This document shows, piece by piece, positions 18,501-28,100 of a stretch of DNA of 64,000 bases. The notes under the pieces are model-generated. The model searched no databases and was not told where the DNA came from. It worked only from the letters and a program-made list of their open reading frames with translations. Every line of letters starts with the position of its first letter. The first letter of the stretch is position 1. This DNA comes from Bacteroidales bacterium (lineage in GTDB: Bacteria > Bacteroidota > Bacteroidia > Bacteroidales > 4484-276), in the NCBI GenBank assembly GCA_035647615.1, contig DASRND010000010.1, forward strand, positions 8,619-72,618, given 5' to 3'. Position numbers and translations under genes: made by a program.

Positions 18501-18840
18501 TGTGGTTTACAGTCTGGATGCTCCCAACAGCAGCACCTTTGCCATCAACGGTCTGTCGGTAATTACTGACCTGAAACTTGCTCCGCTCTCCATTGGCGAA
18601 AACACGCTGAAAAACCTGTCGATCTATCCCAATCCTTCGTCAGGCATCTTCAACATCGCCGTGAGCAGACTGGATACACAAATCGACTACGTTGTAATGA
18701 ATGCCCAGGGGCAGGAAATCTACAACGGCAACCTGATGGAATCGCAACAGCTCGACCTGAGCAGCGAAGCCAAAGGCATCTACTTCATTAAGTTTATCGG
18801 CGAAAGCGTTCTCAGAGTAGAGAAGCTCGTTATTAGATAG
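9583..18840 (+). CDS. giant secreted multidomain protein A (3085 aa), T9SS cargo
   Basis: Signal peptide MKRVTSLLIVLLLWLSSATYAQ. Three Fn3-like modules (..SWT.....W...YG..GF.P..G......NP..LTGL...T.YEVYVRADCG). Beta-sandwich modules with E.FE...PP..W motifs. CarboxypepD_reg-like module (GALVTAG..TYTDASGYY). Cys-rich GDDCDNP module. GEVED motif (SYGEVEEYTISV). C-terminal sorting domain LSIYPNPSSGIFNI...KGIYFIKF...VEKLVIR. Start moved from 9463 to the signal-peptide ATG. Confidence 0.9.
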   Translation: MKRVTSLLIVLLLWLSSATYAQPGTVELGAGTASNGTTASPTPYGTWYKNLRQQYLVLASELSSIGLVAGDITAIGFNVANVNTCSAMPNYTMKVKATTASVLTTTFDNEGYTEVWFDQNFLPVNGWNTHTFGSPFTWNGTSNLLVDVCFDMIPGSYSQNASVFYTPTATNLSLHYYSDTQIACGTTNLGTTSLNRANMQFTGVVAGCLPPTGIVAGDITNNSALISWTAGTASQWDVLYGIAGFNPLTQGTLVEGIANPSYSVTGLSSSTFYDVYVRTDCGAEVSSWGGPVNFVTLCGVYTLPFAENFDGATFPSLCWGRFSGLLEPTSILTATTAGWVKDEWLNVAANPDKAARVNIYGTTHKYWLVTPEIDLGDGSTDYQMEFDVALMAYGNNNPPALTGVDDKFAVVISLDGGVSWSSANTVRLWDNAGSTYVFNEISNLGQCVIISLADYSGIVKLAFYSESTISNADNDLMVNNLLIQVPPACPKPLSLIAQNPTINSIDLSWTPGGDETAWEISYGTPGFDPNTGTIVSAATNPFTLTGLSSATFYEVYVRADCGTDEVSSWAGPATFATACVAVNVPILQNFDALTPPALPLCWSKIVSNTTNTFVAVETQSSTTSHSLPNDVKIYNSGADTANLLLISPEIIDPLNTLRIKFWAKGGTNYSLLLGTMSDPMDAATFTLLNNFTVPANYAEYQYALTAYTGTDTYLAFKHGQGGTYHTIYLDDVTIELLPDCIEPLDVSVSDITTTTATIGWTSQGDETAWDITYGEPGFLPDNGTIVPAATNPFTITGLTANTSYEVYVRADCGTDEVSDWAGPGAFTTLCEPTDLPYIEDFESAIVPNLPPCTSREKIGLGNDWATAAAPGYGFTSKTLRYSYNSSYAADAWFYTNGMNLSEGVNYLLSFRYGNNNTSYVEKMKVALGTDPTHTAMTNVILDFPSINQGSPQIVDYTFTVPAAGVYYLGFNCYSGINEYYLYVDDIAVVEFVSGSLSGIVTEATRGVIQGALVTAGVNETYTDASGYYLFDALLPGTYDVTCEADGYFPITVEGVEVIADLTTTQDFELGYATISVAPESLTQTLLPGGTATQMLTISNTGGTEPLTWSGAIELMASKGQKVSIPAAKQVTGSEVSRGKAPSTNASPTKGAGFDVLRGSTGYAFDMYPGSDYVNFDTDTPGVYSLTVPTTRSVYAADFDGNNVFYAIDEDLAQLFTVDVATGVFTLVGSTLAVTDLAFDYTTNTMYAIDYVGANTHLFELDLMTGATTFVGDCGAGLIISLACDGNGDLYGFNVSIDNLVAINKVNGASTAIGPVGFDGNYAQSMAWDPASGNIYMAAFNYTADQGELRIVDITTGATALIGAFPAGAEICGLGFMGAIESWLSIDPISGIIAPGASQDITVTFDATDLVDSTYLANIKINHNGQELTDGTLLVPATLIVASTQPPDAPTLVSPVNQATMVPLQPEFEWINGAGTAQVQFEVRVGAGLSQSVYKSPWFVGSSINLSDEGVILLPKKAYSWTVKAKNAAGSVTSVKWTFTTIGAAKVSGFVSDAYSYLPLEGATITFEPGGYTATTAANGGYSVAQVIQGTYTVTAIKDGYNSESMELVVPASGEVFASFALNLYLAPPTNLQAQIVDVNNVHLSWISPDAPPPTSFSEGFEDTYPPIGWLKINPDGGTGWDQLAVGTTPLPGWTGNEATAAPNGGTQMVYATWTTGGSAQNDQWLVTPQIVTAAEDVLNFYMRYWFSSYVDAVDILISTTTQNNPAAFTTTVANLNFGSASSTDWELYTYNLSDFVAPGTPIYIAFREYISDNMNDGSFIALDNVYVGPPTDLVFAPPIEKPGIHSIATRDLNYVKVANPTSQTAKSTSRALIGFNVYRNENFLVSIAADVTEIDDLNLAAGTYAYTVKAVYPQGESEAVGPKTVAILAPPVLLSAEADYYGVDLVWEDGVNYPANLDANANYSVSNVKDNQALTEKENQLHGPTTIVPVANGSREVGDDCDNPIIITTLPYTDVNYTCGRGNTYENTCLQPYYDTGEDIIYQLTLTAAATIELDLATVTGYTGMLITTENPIGNNCIAFVTGYSGNKNMLVELEAGTYFIMIDTWSAPDCIPEFTLTVQEITPEPGQTCSAAVTAVEGLNSAPMQPYWYEFTPTESKAVTISSCMEGQLIDTKIEVYDACGGNLVAANDDMYAECSYYNYASGVSFNAAAGVSYKIFWLNPYSSAAFDFTIELEDLCILEMPAGAIAEGEPCIEDGGEDVTNGGCNMDEPMFTTINCGDVIWGTASTYTVEGGNSRDTDWYELVITEPKTVTFSVTAEFPVVAGFVEQIVPGVPGCDNTTENIIPAALADPCEEASVTATLIPGTYYLFVGMSVFEGHPCGLSNNYIAELTCEDAFVPYFNVYRNGVDIADVYGNTYYDDVNITNGQQYCYKVSEVVAEGFQTGKSNELCATIPMMPEIAVNPESLTETHIVPPAKTTTKTVTLTNDGQGTLNWYLPLGAAGEYCAASATNQDEYISNVLCGDINNSSGWQSAIGDYTAMSTNIAPGASEPIVVTNGNPWAVDKVTCWVDWNLDYEFGVGTNEEFILTTVDVAETFTGAIAVPAGTPAGDYRMRVRMNYSSNPPPCGVTSYGEVEEYTISVGQPWLSVDILEGTLAPGASIDIAVTFDSEGLEAGIYNDALKFMSNDPITPVLTVPVTFNVVSAPMIQNIVLPLGWSAWSSYITPAAPANVSDVMATVVDDMIITQHFTELLYPGYGINTMGAFSNNHGYMTKMAAEATLTISGNMANPTVQLHTGWNLIPVLQECSELAEGVFSNIDGFVIAWEPTGNGIYYPEYDIYTLTNLVPGKAYYVKVTQAGTFTYPGCDKSSGNVFSAPLRAANTTSWNDVIFTGVNHVVAFDQKATNNLRIGDMIGAFANGSVCAGLVEYTGANLGFTLFGNDITTMANEGFADGDVMTYKVFRAETGEEFTMDVVYSLDAPNSSTFAINGLSVITDLKLAPLSIGENTLKNLSIYPNPSSGIFNIAVSRLDTQIDYVVMNAQGQEIYNGNLMESQQLDLSSEAKGIYFIKFIGESVLRVEKLVIR
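17089..17507 (+). other. GEVED-type domain within protein A
   Basis: GEYCAASATNQDEYISNV...AGDYRMRVRMNYS...CGVTSYGEVEEYTISV. Confidence 0.6.
18586..18837 (+). other. T9SS (Por) C-terminal sorting domain of protein A
   Basis: Last 84 aa: LSIGENTLKNLSIYPNPSSGIFNIAV...MNAQGQEIYNGNL...SSEAKGIYFIKFIGESVLRVEKLVIR. Confidence 0.85.
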
Positions 18841-18867
18841 GCTTGATTAAAATTTTGTTAAAAAAAA

Positions 18868-18896
18868 CCTCTGCCAGACGGCAGGGGTTTTTTTTA
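18868..18896 (+). terminator. rho-independent terminator of gene A
   Basis: cctctgcc-agac-ggcagggg hairpin (8 bp, one G-U pair) followed by a T8 run. Confidence 0.8.
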
Positions 18897-19053
18897 TACC
18901 AGCTGTAAAAAATAGAAAAACTGGATGATCAATCTTTGCTACCCAATGAATTAGGATTAAAAAATAAGGCAACAAATCTGCCGGAAATTGATTATGAAAA
19001 CACGCTAAAGAAAACTACTTAAAGCTGCCGGCTTGTTTTTCCAGAAGATTTAG

Positions 19054-19061
19054 TATTTTTG
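19054..19061 (+). promoter_or_regulatory. candidate -7 promoter box TATTTTTG for giant gene B
   Basis: Matches TAnnTTTG, 55 nt upstream of the ATG at 19117. Confidence 0.4.
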
Positions 19062-19116
19062 CAAGAATACTTTTTATACTAGAACTTTCTTAATTATTAA
19101 TTAAAAAAACACTTTT

Positions 19117-22100
19117 ATGAAATTTTCAAGTTTACTAATTTTACTACTATTTGTTACCGGAGGCATCTGGGGACAAGTGCCAGGTCCAAACCTGAACGAA
19201 GGTTTTGAGGACGGGATTCCCGATAATTGGACTGTCCTGAATTTGGATGGGGGAGCCAATCAATGGGTATCCAGTACCACTTATCCACGCACTGGCACAC
19301 ACAGTGCAAGGATTGGATATGAAACCAGTTCGTTAAATAACAACGACTGGCTGATTACACCCCCGCTGTATGTTACTTCGGCCACTACTGATGAAATCAG
19401 TTTTTGGCTAAGAACCTACAGTGCCACGTATGCCGACCCCTGGGAGGTATTGGTTTCGACCACCAATACAAGTCCCGCCTCGTTCACTATAATAGATAGT
19501 GGCGACGGCATGCTGGGCGAATATGTCCAGAAAACCTATTCACTGGATTCCTATGGCGATGCCGTGGTTTACCTTGCCGTAAGATACTTGGGTGCCTATG
19601 ATTGGTCACTTTATGTAGATGATTTTATCGGTCCACCCATGATGGTGCCAACATGTCCAAAACCAACTGGTCTGACCGCCCAAAATCCTACCATCAACAG
19701 CATTGAGCTTGGCTGGACAGCCGGCAATACCGAGACCATGTGGGACGTACTCTACGGAACTGCAGGTTTCGACCCTGAAACTGAAGGAACGCTTGTTACA
19801 GGAATTGAATCGAATCCTTATGTCCTCGAAAACCTGACTCCTTCCACAGTTTATGAATATTATGTAAGAGCTGTTTGTGGCGAAGATGAAGTGAGCCTCT
19901 GGGCTGGCCCAAAACTCTTTAACACCCTGTGTACTTCCGTCAGCCTTCCTTTGATAGAACATTTCACCTATGTGACTACTCCTGAGCTTCCGCTTTGTTG
20001 GAGCTCGATTGTTACTAACACAACCAACACCTTTGCAAATGTTCAAACAACCACACTATACCCGGTTTCACCTCCTAACTCTGTTAAACTTTACAACTCC
20101 ACTGCTGATACTGCCGAAATACTGTTGATCACACCGGAAATTTCCGACCCGTTGGCAGGCAACCGGGTAATGTTTTCTGCAAGAGGTGGCGCCAACTACA
20201 GTTTGCTGATTGGAACCCTGAGCGATCCTACTGACCCGGCTACTTTTACAATGGTTGGTGAAGTCTCCCCTACGGGCGATCACTCACCCTTCCAGGTAAG
20301 CTTTGCCGATTATGCAGGAACTGACAGTTACATTGTCTTTAAACATGGCAACATGGGCAAATCACAAACCATTTACATTGATGATATTGTAATTGAAGAA
20401 TTGCCCGATTGTATCGAACCCATCGAACTGACTGTTTCAAATATCACCAACAATACGGCACTTTTGGGCTGGACTGCCCAGGGCGACGAAACTACATGGG
20501 ATATTGTTTATGGCACGTCAGGCTTCGATCCGCAAACCGGAGGAACAACAGTTGCCGGCGTTACGGTAAACCCTTACACAGTAACCGGACTTACCAGCGC
20601 AACTACTCACGAGTTTTATGTAAGAGCCGATTGTGGTGGCGATGTGAGTGTCTGGTCAGGCCCTGTTGCTTTTGTCACACTCTGCGATCCGTTTGATCTT
20701 CCTTTCCTGGAAAACTTCGATGGAGCTGCTACCGGCTCATTCCCCATTTGCTGGAGCAAAGCAGGTCTGGCCACCACCAACTGGACCATCTCAAACAGTT
20801 CCAATGCATTGGGCACAGCTCCTGAATTAAGATTCGGATACTCACCCTCCTTTACAGGCGAAGCATTGATGGTTTCTCCCGTTATCAATACCACAGGTGA
20901 AACATCACTGGCTATCGAATTTAAACACTACTACGACGATTACGCAGTTCCGTTTACCTTTGGGATGAAAACCACCTCGGACGGAACCACCTGGAACACC
21001 ATTTGGGAAGTCGTCGATCCGGTGGGCAACATAGGCCCCGAAGAGGTTTTGATCGATGTAAATAATAGTGATGTAGGCTCACCTACTTTCCAGTTTGCGT
21101 TTTTTGTTGACGGTTATACTTTTAACATGAACAACTGGTACATGGACGATATCCATGTTTTCGTTCCGCAAGTTGGCAACCTTGAAGGCACCGTAACAGA
21201 GGCTACCCGTGGCCCGATAGAAGGCGCCCTGATAACTGCCGACGATCACCAGACCTACACCGATGCCAGCGGTTATTACATCATCGAAAACATGATGACC
21301 GGCATCTACGATGTTACCTGCGAAGCCGAAGGCTATTTCCCGGTAACAGTAGAAGGTGTTGAGATTCTGGCTGACCAAACTATTGCACAAGACTTTACCC
21401 TGGGTTATGCTACCATCTCGGTTACACCCGAAAGCCTGCTGCAGAATATTTTGTCTGGTGAAACGGCAACACAAATGCTCACCATTTCCAATGCAGAGGG
21501 TACCGGTCCATTGAACTGGAAAGCTCAAATTCAACTGCAGGAGCCATCCGACTTCTACTTCCTGAATACACAACAGAAAAAGATGAAACCAAATGCAAAC
21601 GTTGATGAAACAGACCCCAATTCTACTCATGGCAATCCGGTTTCGACGGACGCTATGTATGATCTTTTGGGTTCGTTCCCTCTATTTGACGTGGGCGGGA
21701 CATACTCTTCAGCAACTGACGGAAACTTTATCTACACCGGCAGATGGAACGCTAATCAATATGATAAATATGACATGGAGGGTAATCACATAGAATCCTT
21801 CTCTATTCCTGGAGCCGGATTAACCAGAGACCTGACGTATGATGGTCAGTATTTCTATGGTTCACCCAACAGCGATTTAATTTATCAGATGGACTTCGAA
21901 ACACAAACCCTTGTAAGCACTATTGTAGCATCAGGCAACGCTATTCGAGGTATTGCTTACGATGAAGATGATGACGCCTTTTGGGTAGCAGGATCAAGCT
22001 TCAGCGGTCCATTCAGACAGATAAGCCGCGAAGGAACCGTTTTGCAAACTGTAACCACAACACTTGGTGGCATGTCAGGCCTTGCTTATGATAACGTTTC

Positions 22101-25100
22101 TCCTGATGGCCCCTACTTATGGGCATACACGCCTTCCACCAGTACAGGTGCTCATATCATTAATAAAATTAATATTACTACAGGAAGTGTAATCGAAAGC
22201 TTTGATGTTACTACTACAGGCATCACTGTTCTTCCAGGAGGAACCAGCGGCGGTCTTAATATCACCAACCTGGCAGTTCCCGGAAAATGGGTAATTATGG
22301 GTATTGTACAGAACGAGATTGCCTGGATACTCGAGCTTGCTGATTCAGATTCATGGCTAACCCTTGATATTTCAAGTGGTGTTGTCAACCCCGGCGAATC
22401 AACTGATGTTGAAGTTACTTTCGATGCTGGTGAATTGCCCATGGGTACCTACCTTGCCGATATTAAGATTACCCACAATGGCCAGGAGCCTACCGACGGC
22501 AGTGTGATAGTGCCCGTATCAATGATCGTCACCGAACCAGGCGCACCATTGCCTCCATATAATCCGATACCGCCCTCTGGCGCTACATTGGTTTCATTGC
22601 AGCCCGAACTGAGCTGGACCAACGGAGCAGGCACTTCAGAGGTGCAGGTTAATATACGCACAGTTACAGGGCCCTTTACAACTACTGTCTATAAATCAGA
22701 GTGGTTTACAGGTTCATCGTTCGATCTGGCTGACGTTCCGTTAACCTTAATGGCTGACAAGGAATATAACTGGCGTGTCTATGCAAGAAATTCCATTGCT
22801 ACCACCAAAGGCCCGAGATGGACTTTCACAACCGCCGGCGTTGGCACTATAGAAGGCATTGTTACTGATGCTTCCACCAGCGCACCACTCCAAGGTGTTA
22901 CAATTACTACTGAGCCCGAAGGCTACACTGCTACTACCGATGCTTCTGGCGCTTATTCCATCACCAATGTGGCATCAGGCACTTATGATGTAACTGCTGC
23001 ACTGGATGGTTATACTTCAGAATCGCAGGAAGTTACCGTTGGCGAAGGCCAAACTGTAATAGCTAACTTCGAACTGACTAAACCACTCGCACCTCCAACA
23101 AACTTGCAGGCTGTAGTTGAAGATTTCGTGAATGTAAATCTTAGCTGGGTCGCTCCCGAAGGAGGCACTGGTGGTGGACTATACGAATTGTCGTATCACC
23201 TGGGCACCCCTAATAATGCCTATTTTGAATTATGGGATTATGTTTACGGTGTTGTTTATGACGTAAGTGGATTTACCAACGTAACCATCGAAAAAGCAGA
23301 TTATCACCATGCCTCATGGGGTACGATGGGAATTTGGGATTACAAATTGCATATTGTAGATTGGGATACCTACACGTTGATTTCCTCGACACCGGTCCTG
23401 CAAACCACCGGTGATGATAAATGGGAAGTAAATGTTCCTCTGGGATCAATTCCTGAAAGCGGACTTGTAGGGATTTTTCTTGAGCCGATGGGCAATGCAG
23501 CTAATGATGCTTTCCCCAATCTTTCGTCAGATGATAACGCTACAACTACCAACTCATTCTTCGGTCCAATCAGCGACTTTTCGAACTTGAACCCTGGTAC
23601 AATTGGTAACTTCCTGATGGATCTCTGGATTATGGCCGACCCACTGGATGGTGGTGAACGCATACTTGTTCAGGCTCCTATCATCGAAGGCGCAACAACG
23701 GTATCTCATCAAAGCAGAGCCGTTCACGGAAACATCAGCACACCCATTGCACCCATAGAATATACCGGCGCAAATCGTGCTCTGACTGGTTTTAACGTTT
23801 ACCGTAATGGAGATTTCCTTGTAAACACCGACGCTTCAACTACAGAAATTGATGATCTCAATCTTGAAGGCGGCACCTATGCGTACACTGTTACTGCTGT
23901 TTACACAGAAGGCGAATCAGAAGCTGCCGGCCCTGCCACAGTGGGTATCCTGCCTCCTCCTGTACTCGTTTCTGCCGAACCCGATTTCTTAGGCGTAGAG
24001 CTGGTGTGGGAAAAAGGCACAAATTATCCTACCGATGCTAAACCGGGAATCTATACTACATCCAATGTGGAGTTGATGAGCGAGAAAAAAGAGTCAGCTC
24101 ACGGAATAACCAACGAAGTGCCTAAAGCAACTTCCGGACGCGCTGTTGGCGACGATTGTGACAATCCCATCATTCTCGATATGACTACACTGCCCGTAGT
24201 TGACGTTAATACAACCTGCGGACGTGGAAACAATTATGAAGAAACCTGCCTAGGGAGCTATGACAGCGGCGAAGACATCGTTTATCAATTCACTCTCACC
24301 GAAACCAAAGATTTGAAGTTCACGCTAGCTACAACTACATCCTATACAGGCATGCTGATAACTCAGGAATGCCCCATCTCAACCAATTGTGTGACATTCG
24401 TTACAGGTTCCGGAGGCAACAAAATGATGCAAGCCGTATTGGAAGCAGGAACTTATTATGTAATGATTGATACATGGGCAGCACCAGATTGCATCCCGGA
24501 GTTTACACTCACAATTGAAGAATTCGTAGTCCAGCCAGGCGACAACTGCGACAACCCGATCGTGATTGACGCATTGCCCTATACGGATGAGAATACGACA
24601 TGTGGACGTGGTAATACCTATATGGAAACCTGTCTGGGAAGCTATGACGGAGGCCAGGACATCGTTTATCAGATTGTGCCAACCGAAAACATGAAGGTAG
24701 AGTTCGATATGACAACTACCGCTACATGGACAGGAATGCTGATAACAGAGGAATGTCCGATAGGAATGAATTGCGTTAGTTTTATCACAGGTGCTTCCGG
24801 ACCGAAAACCATGGTGGTTGATCTGGTAGCAGGAACTTCTTATTATTTCATGCTCGATACCTATCCTCAACCAGACTGCTTCGACTTCACACTTAATGTT
24901 ACTGAAATTGAACCTTGTATTCTTGAGATGCCCGCCGGCGCCATTGCCGAAGGCGAGCCTTGCATTGAAGACGAGGGCGAAGACGTTACCAACGGCGGCT
25001 GTAATATGGATAATCCTATGTTTACACCGATCAATTTAGGTGATGTAATCTGGGGTACTGGCAGCACCTATCTCGTTGGAGCTTCCAAAAGCAGAGATAC

Positions 25101-28100
25101 TGACTGGTACGAACTGGTGATTACCGAACCAAAAACAGTGACCCTGACAGTAATTGCTGAATTCCCGGTTGTTGCCGGATTTATTGAGCAAACCATTCCG
25201 GGAGTACCTGGCTGCGAAAACATTACAGGATCCATCTCCCCGGCTGAACTAGCCGATCCCTGCGAGGAATTTATTGTTTCCAGTACACTTATTCCAGGTA
25301 CTTACTATCTATTTGTTGGCGTTTCTGTATTCGAAGGCTACCCTTGTGGAACCTCCAACAACTACATTGCTGAGCTTACCAGCGAAAGCGTCTTCCTGCC
25401 ACACTTTAATGTGTATCGTGATGGCGAACAGATTGCCGAGTCTTACTTAATGAACTACTACGATCAGGCAGACATCACCAACGGTGAAACTTATTGTTAC
25501 ACCGTTTCTGAAGTACCAGCAGTAGGCTTTGAAACCGGTATGTCGAACGAGCTATGCACTACCGTACCGCAGACGCCCGAAATCGCAGTTAATCCTGCTT
25601 CGATTACCGAGACACATATAATTCCACCTGCACAGATCACTACACAAACAGTAACCCTTACCAACAATGGAGCAGGCGAACTGGATTGGATCCTTGCATT
25701 AGAGCCTGATGGTGAATACTGCGATGCCTCTACCAACTATGAGGACGAGTTTATTTCAAACGTACTTTGTGGTGACATCAACAACCCCAGCGGATGGCAG
25801 AGTGCTATTAGCGATTACACAGATATCTCAACTAACATCGCCCCCGGCGCTTCCGAACCCATTATCGTTACCAATGGCAGCCCCTCCTCTTCTGACAAGG
25901 CAACCTGCTGGGTTGACTGGAACCTGGATTACACCTTTGGTGTTGGCACCAGCGAAGAGTTCATTCTCACCACTGATGACGGAGCTGCAACCTTTACGGG
26001 TGATATTACAGTTCCTGAAGGAACACCCGCTGGTAGTTACCGTATGCGCGTTCGCCTGACCTATTCAACTGCTCCGGCACCCTGTGGCGTAGCAAGTTAT
26101 GGTGAAGTAGAAGATTACACCATAACAGTAGGCCAAAGCTGGTTATCCGCTGATTTACTTGAAGGAACACTGGCTCCCGGCGCATCCACCGACATTACCC
26201 TTACTTTCGACTCAGAAGGTATGGAAGTCGGTGTCTACAATAAGGAACTCAATTTTATGAGTAACGACCCGATAACTCCTATACTGACAGTTCCTGTTCA
26301 ACTCAGCGTGGAAATATCAGCTATCGGAACCATTGCCGGTCATGTTACCGATGCTCTCTCACGTGGTCCTGTAGCTAATGCTACCATCACTATTGATGAG
26401 CTTCGTTATACTACTACCACCGACGAAGATGGTTTCTATGAACTGGAAGTTCAGGCAGGAGATTATTTGGTTACTGCTGCTAAAACCGGCTATATCACAC
26501 AAACAGCCGAAGTTACCGTTGTTGTCGACCTAACCACTACACAGGACTTCCTGCTCGAGTTTGCTGCTCCCATTTTGCTTTACGCAAATGGTGGTGTTGG
26601 CGAAATCAATCTGGGATGGACTGGTAATCCAGCCGCTCCTTACGACAATGATGCACGCTATTCGGTTACCAATATGGAATACAAAAACAATGTTGCCCTT
26701 ATTGATAAAGACGAGCAAGCGCACGGAATAACCAACGAGTTACCTAAAGCAACTTCCGGACGCGAAATTGGCGACGATTGTGATAACCCCTGGATCCTCG
26801 ACGTGACTACCTTACCTGTTGTTGATACCAACACAACCTGTGGACGTGGTAATACTTATTCAGAAACCTGCTTAGGAAATTATGATGGCGGCGAGGATAT
26901 TGTTTACCAGTTTACCCTCACCGAAGCCAAGATGTTGAAGCTTACGCTTACAACTGCTACAACCTGGACAGGCATGCTGATAACTCAGGAATGCCCCATT
27001 TCGACCAACTGTGTAACATTCATTACAGGCTCTACCGGCAACAAAGTTATTACCACCGCACTGGAAGCCGGAACTTATTATGTGATGATGGATACCTGGC
27101 CAACACCAAACTGCATTGACGAGCTTATATTCACAATTGATGAATTTATCCCCGAGCCAGGCGAGCTCTGCACTACTGCAATAGATTATGGCTTCGTAAA
27201 TGATGACCCGGTATTAGGCGCCATCGAACCTTCAGAAGCTGTATGGTACAGCTTTACTGCCGATCAGAATTTCGGCTCTGTAGATGTATCGCTTTGCGGC
27301 TCCAGCTTCGACACCAAACTCGAAGTTTGGTACAACTGCGATGATGCTACCTATGCTTACTACAATGACGACAGCCAGGTATGCAACGCCAAAGCAGCAC
27401 AGTCATTCATCTCCACAGGACCTATGCAAGCCGGCCAGACCTGGTATGCTAAAGTTTACGGATACAGCACCAATGCCGGTGATTACATTTTGGAAATCAC
27501 AGGTGTAGAGGCATGCGTTCTTGAAATGCCTGCCGGTGCTATTGCGGAAGGCGAACCCTGCATCGAAAACGAAGGCGAAGACGTTACCAACGGTGGCTGT
27601 AATATGGATGAACCTATGTTTACAACTATAAACTGTGGTGATGTAATCTGGGGATCTTCCAGCACCTATCTTGTGGGAACTTCCAAACGCAGAGATACAG
27701 ACTGGTACCAACTGGAAATTACAGAACCAAAAACTGTAACCTTCTCAGTAACTGCCGAATTCCCATCTGTTGCTGGTATTGTCGAACAAACAGTTCCGGG
27801 AGTTGCCGGTTGTGAAAACATCACAGGAAGCATTTCCCCTGCAGCCACTGCAGAACCATGTGAGGAAGCCTCTGTTACTGTCACACTCGTACCAGGAACT
27901 TACTACTTCTTTGTTGGCATTTCGGTTTTTGAAGGATATCCTTGTGGTATGTCCAACAACTACATCGCCGAACTTACCTGTGAGGAAGCCTTTATTCCTT
28001 ATTACGACGTATTCCGCGACGATGCCTTCCTTGCTCAAACCTATCTGGAAACCTACACTGATAACGAAGTACTGCCCGATGTGGAATATTGCTATACCGT

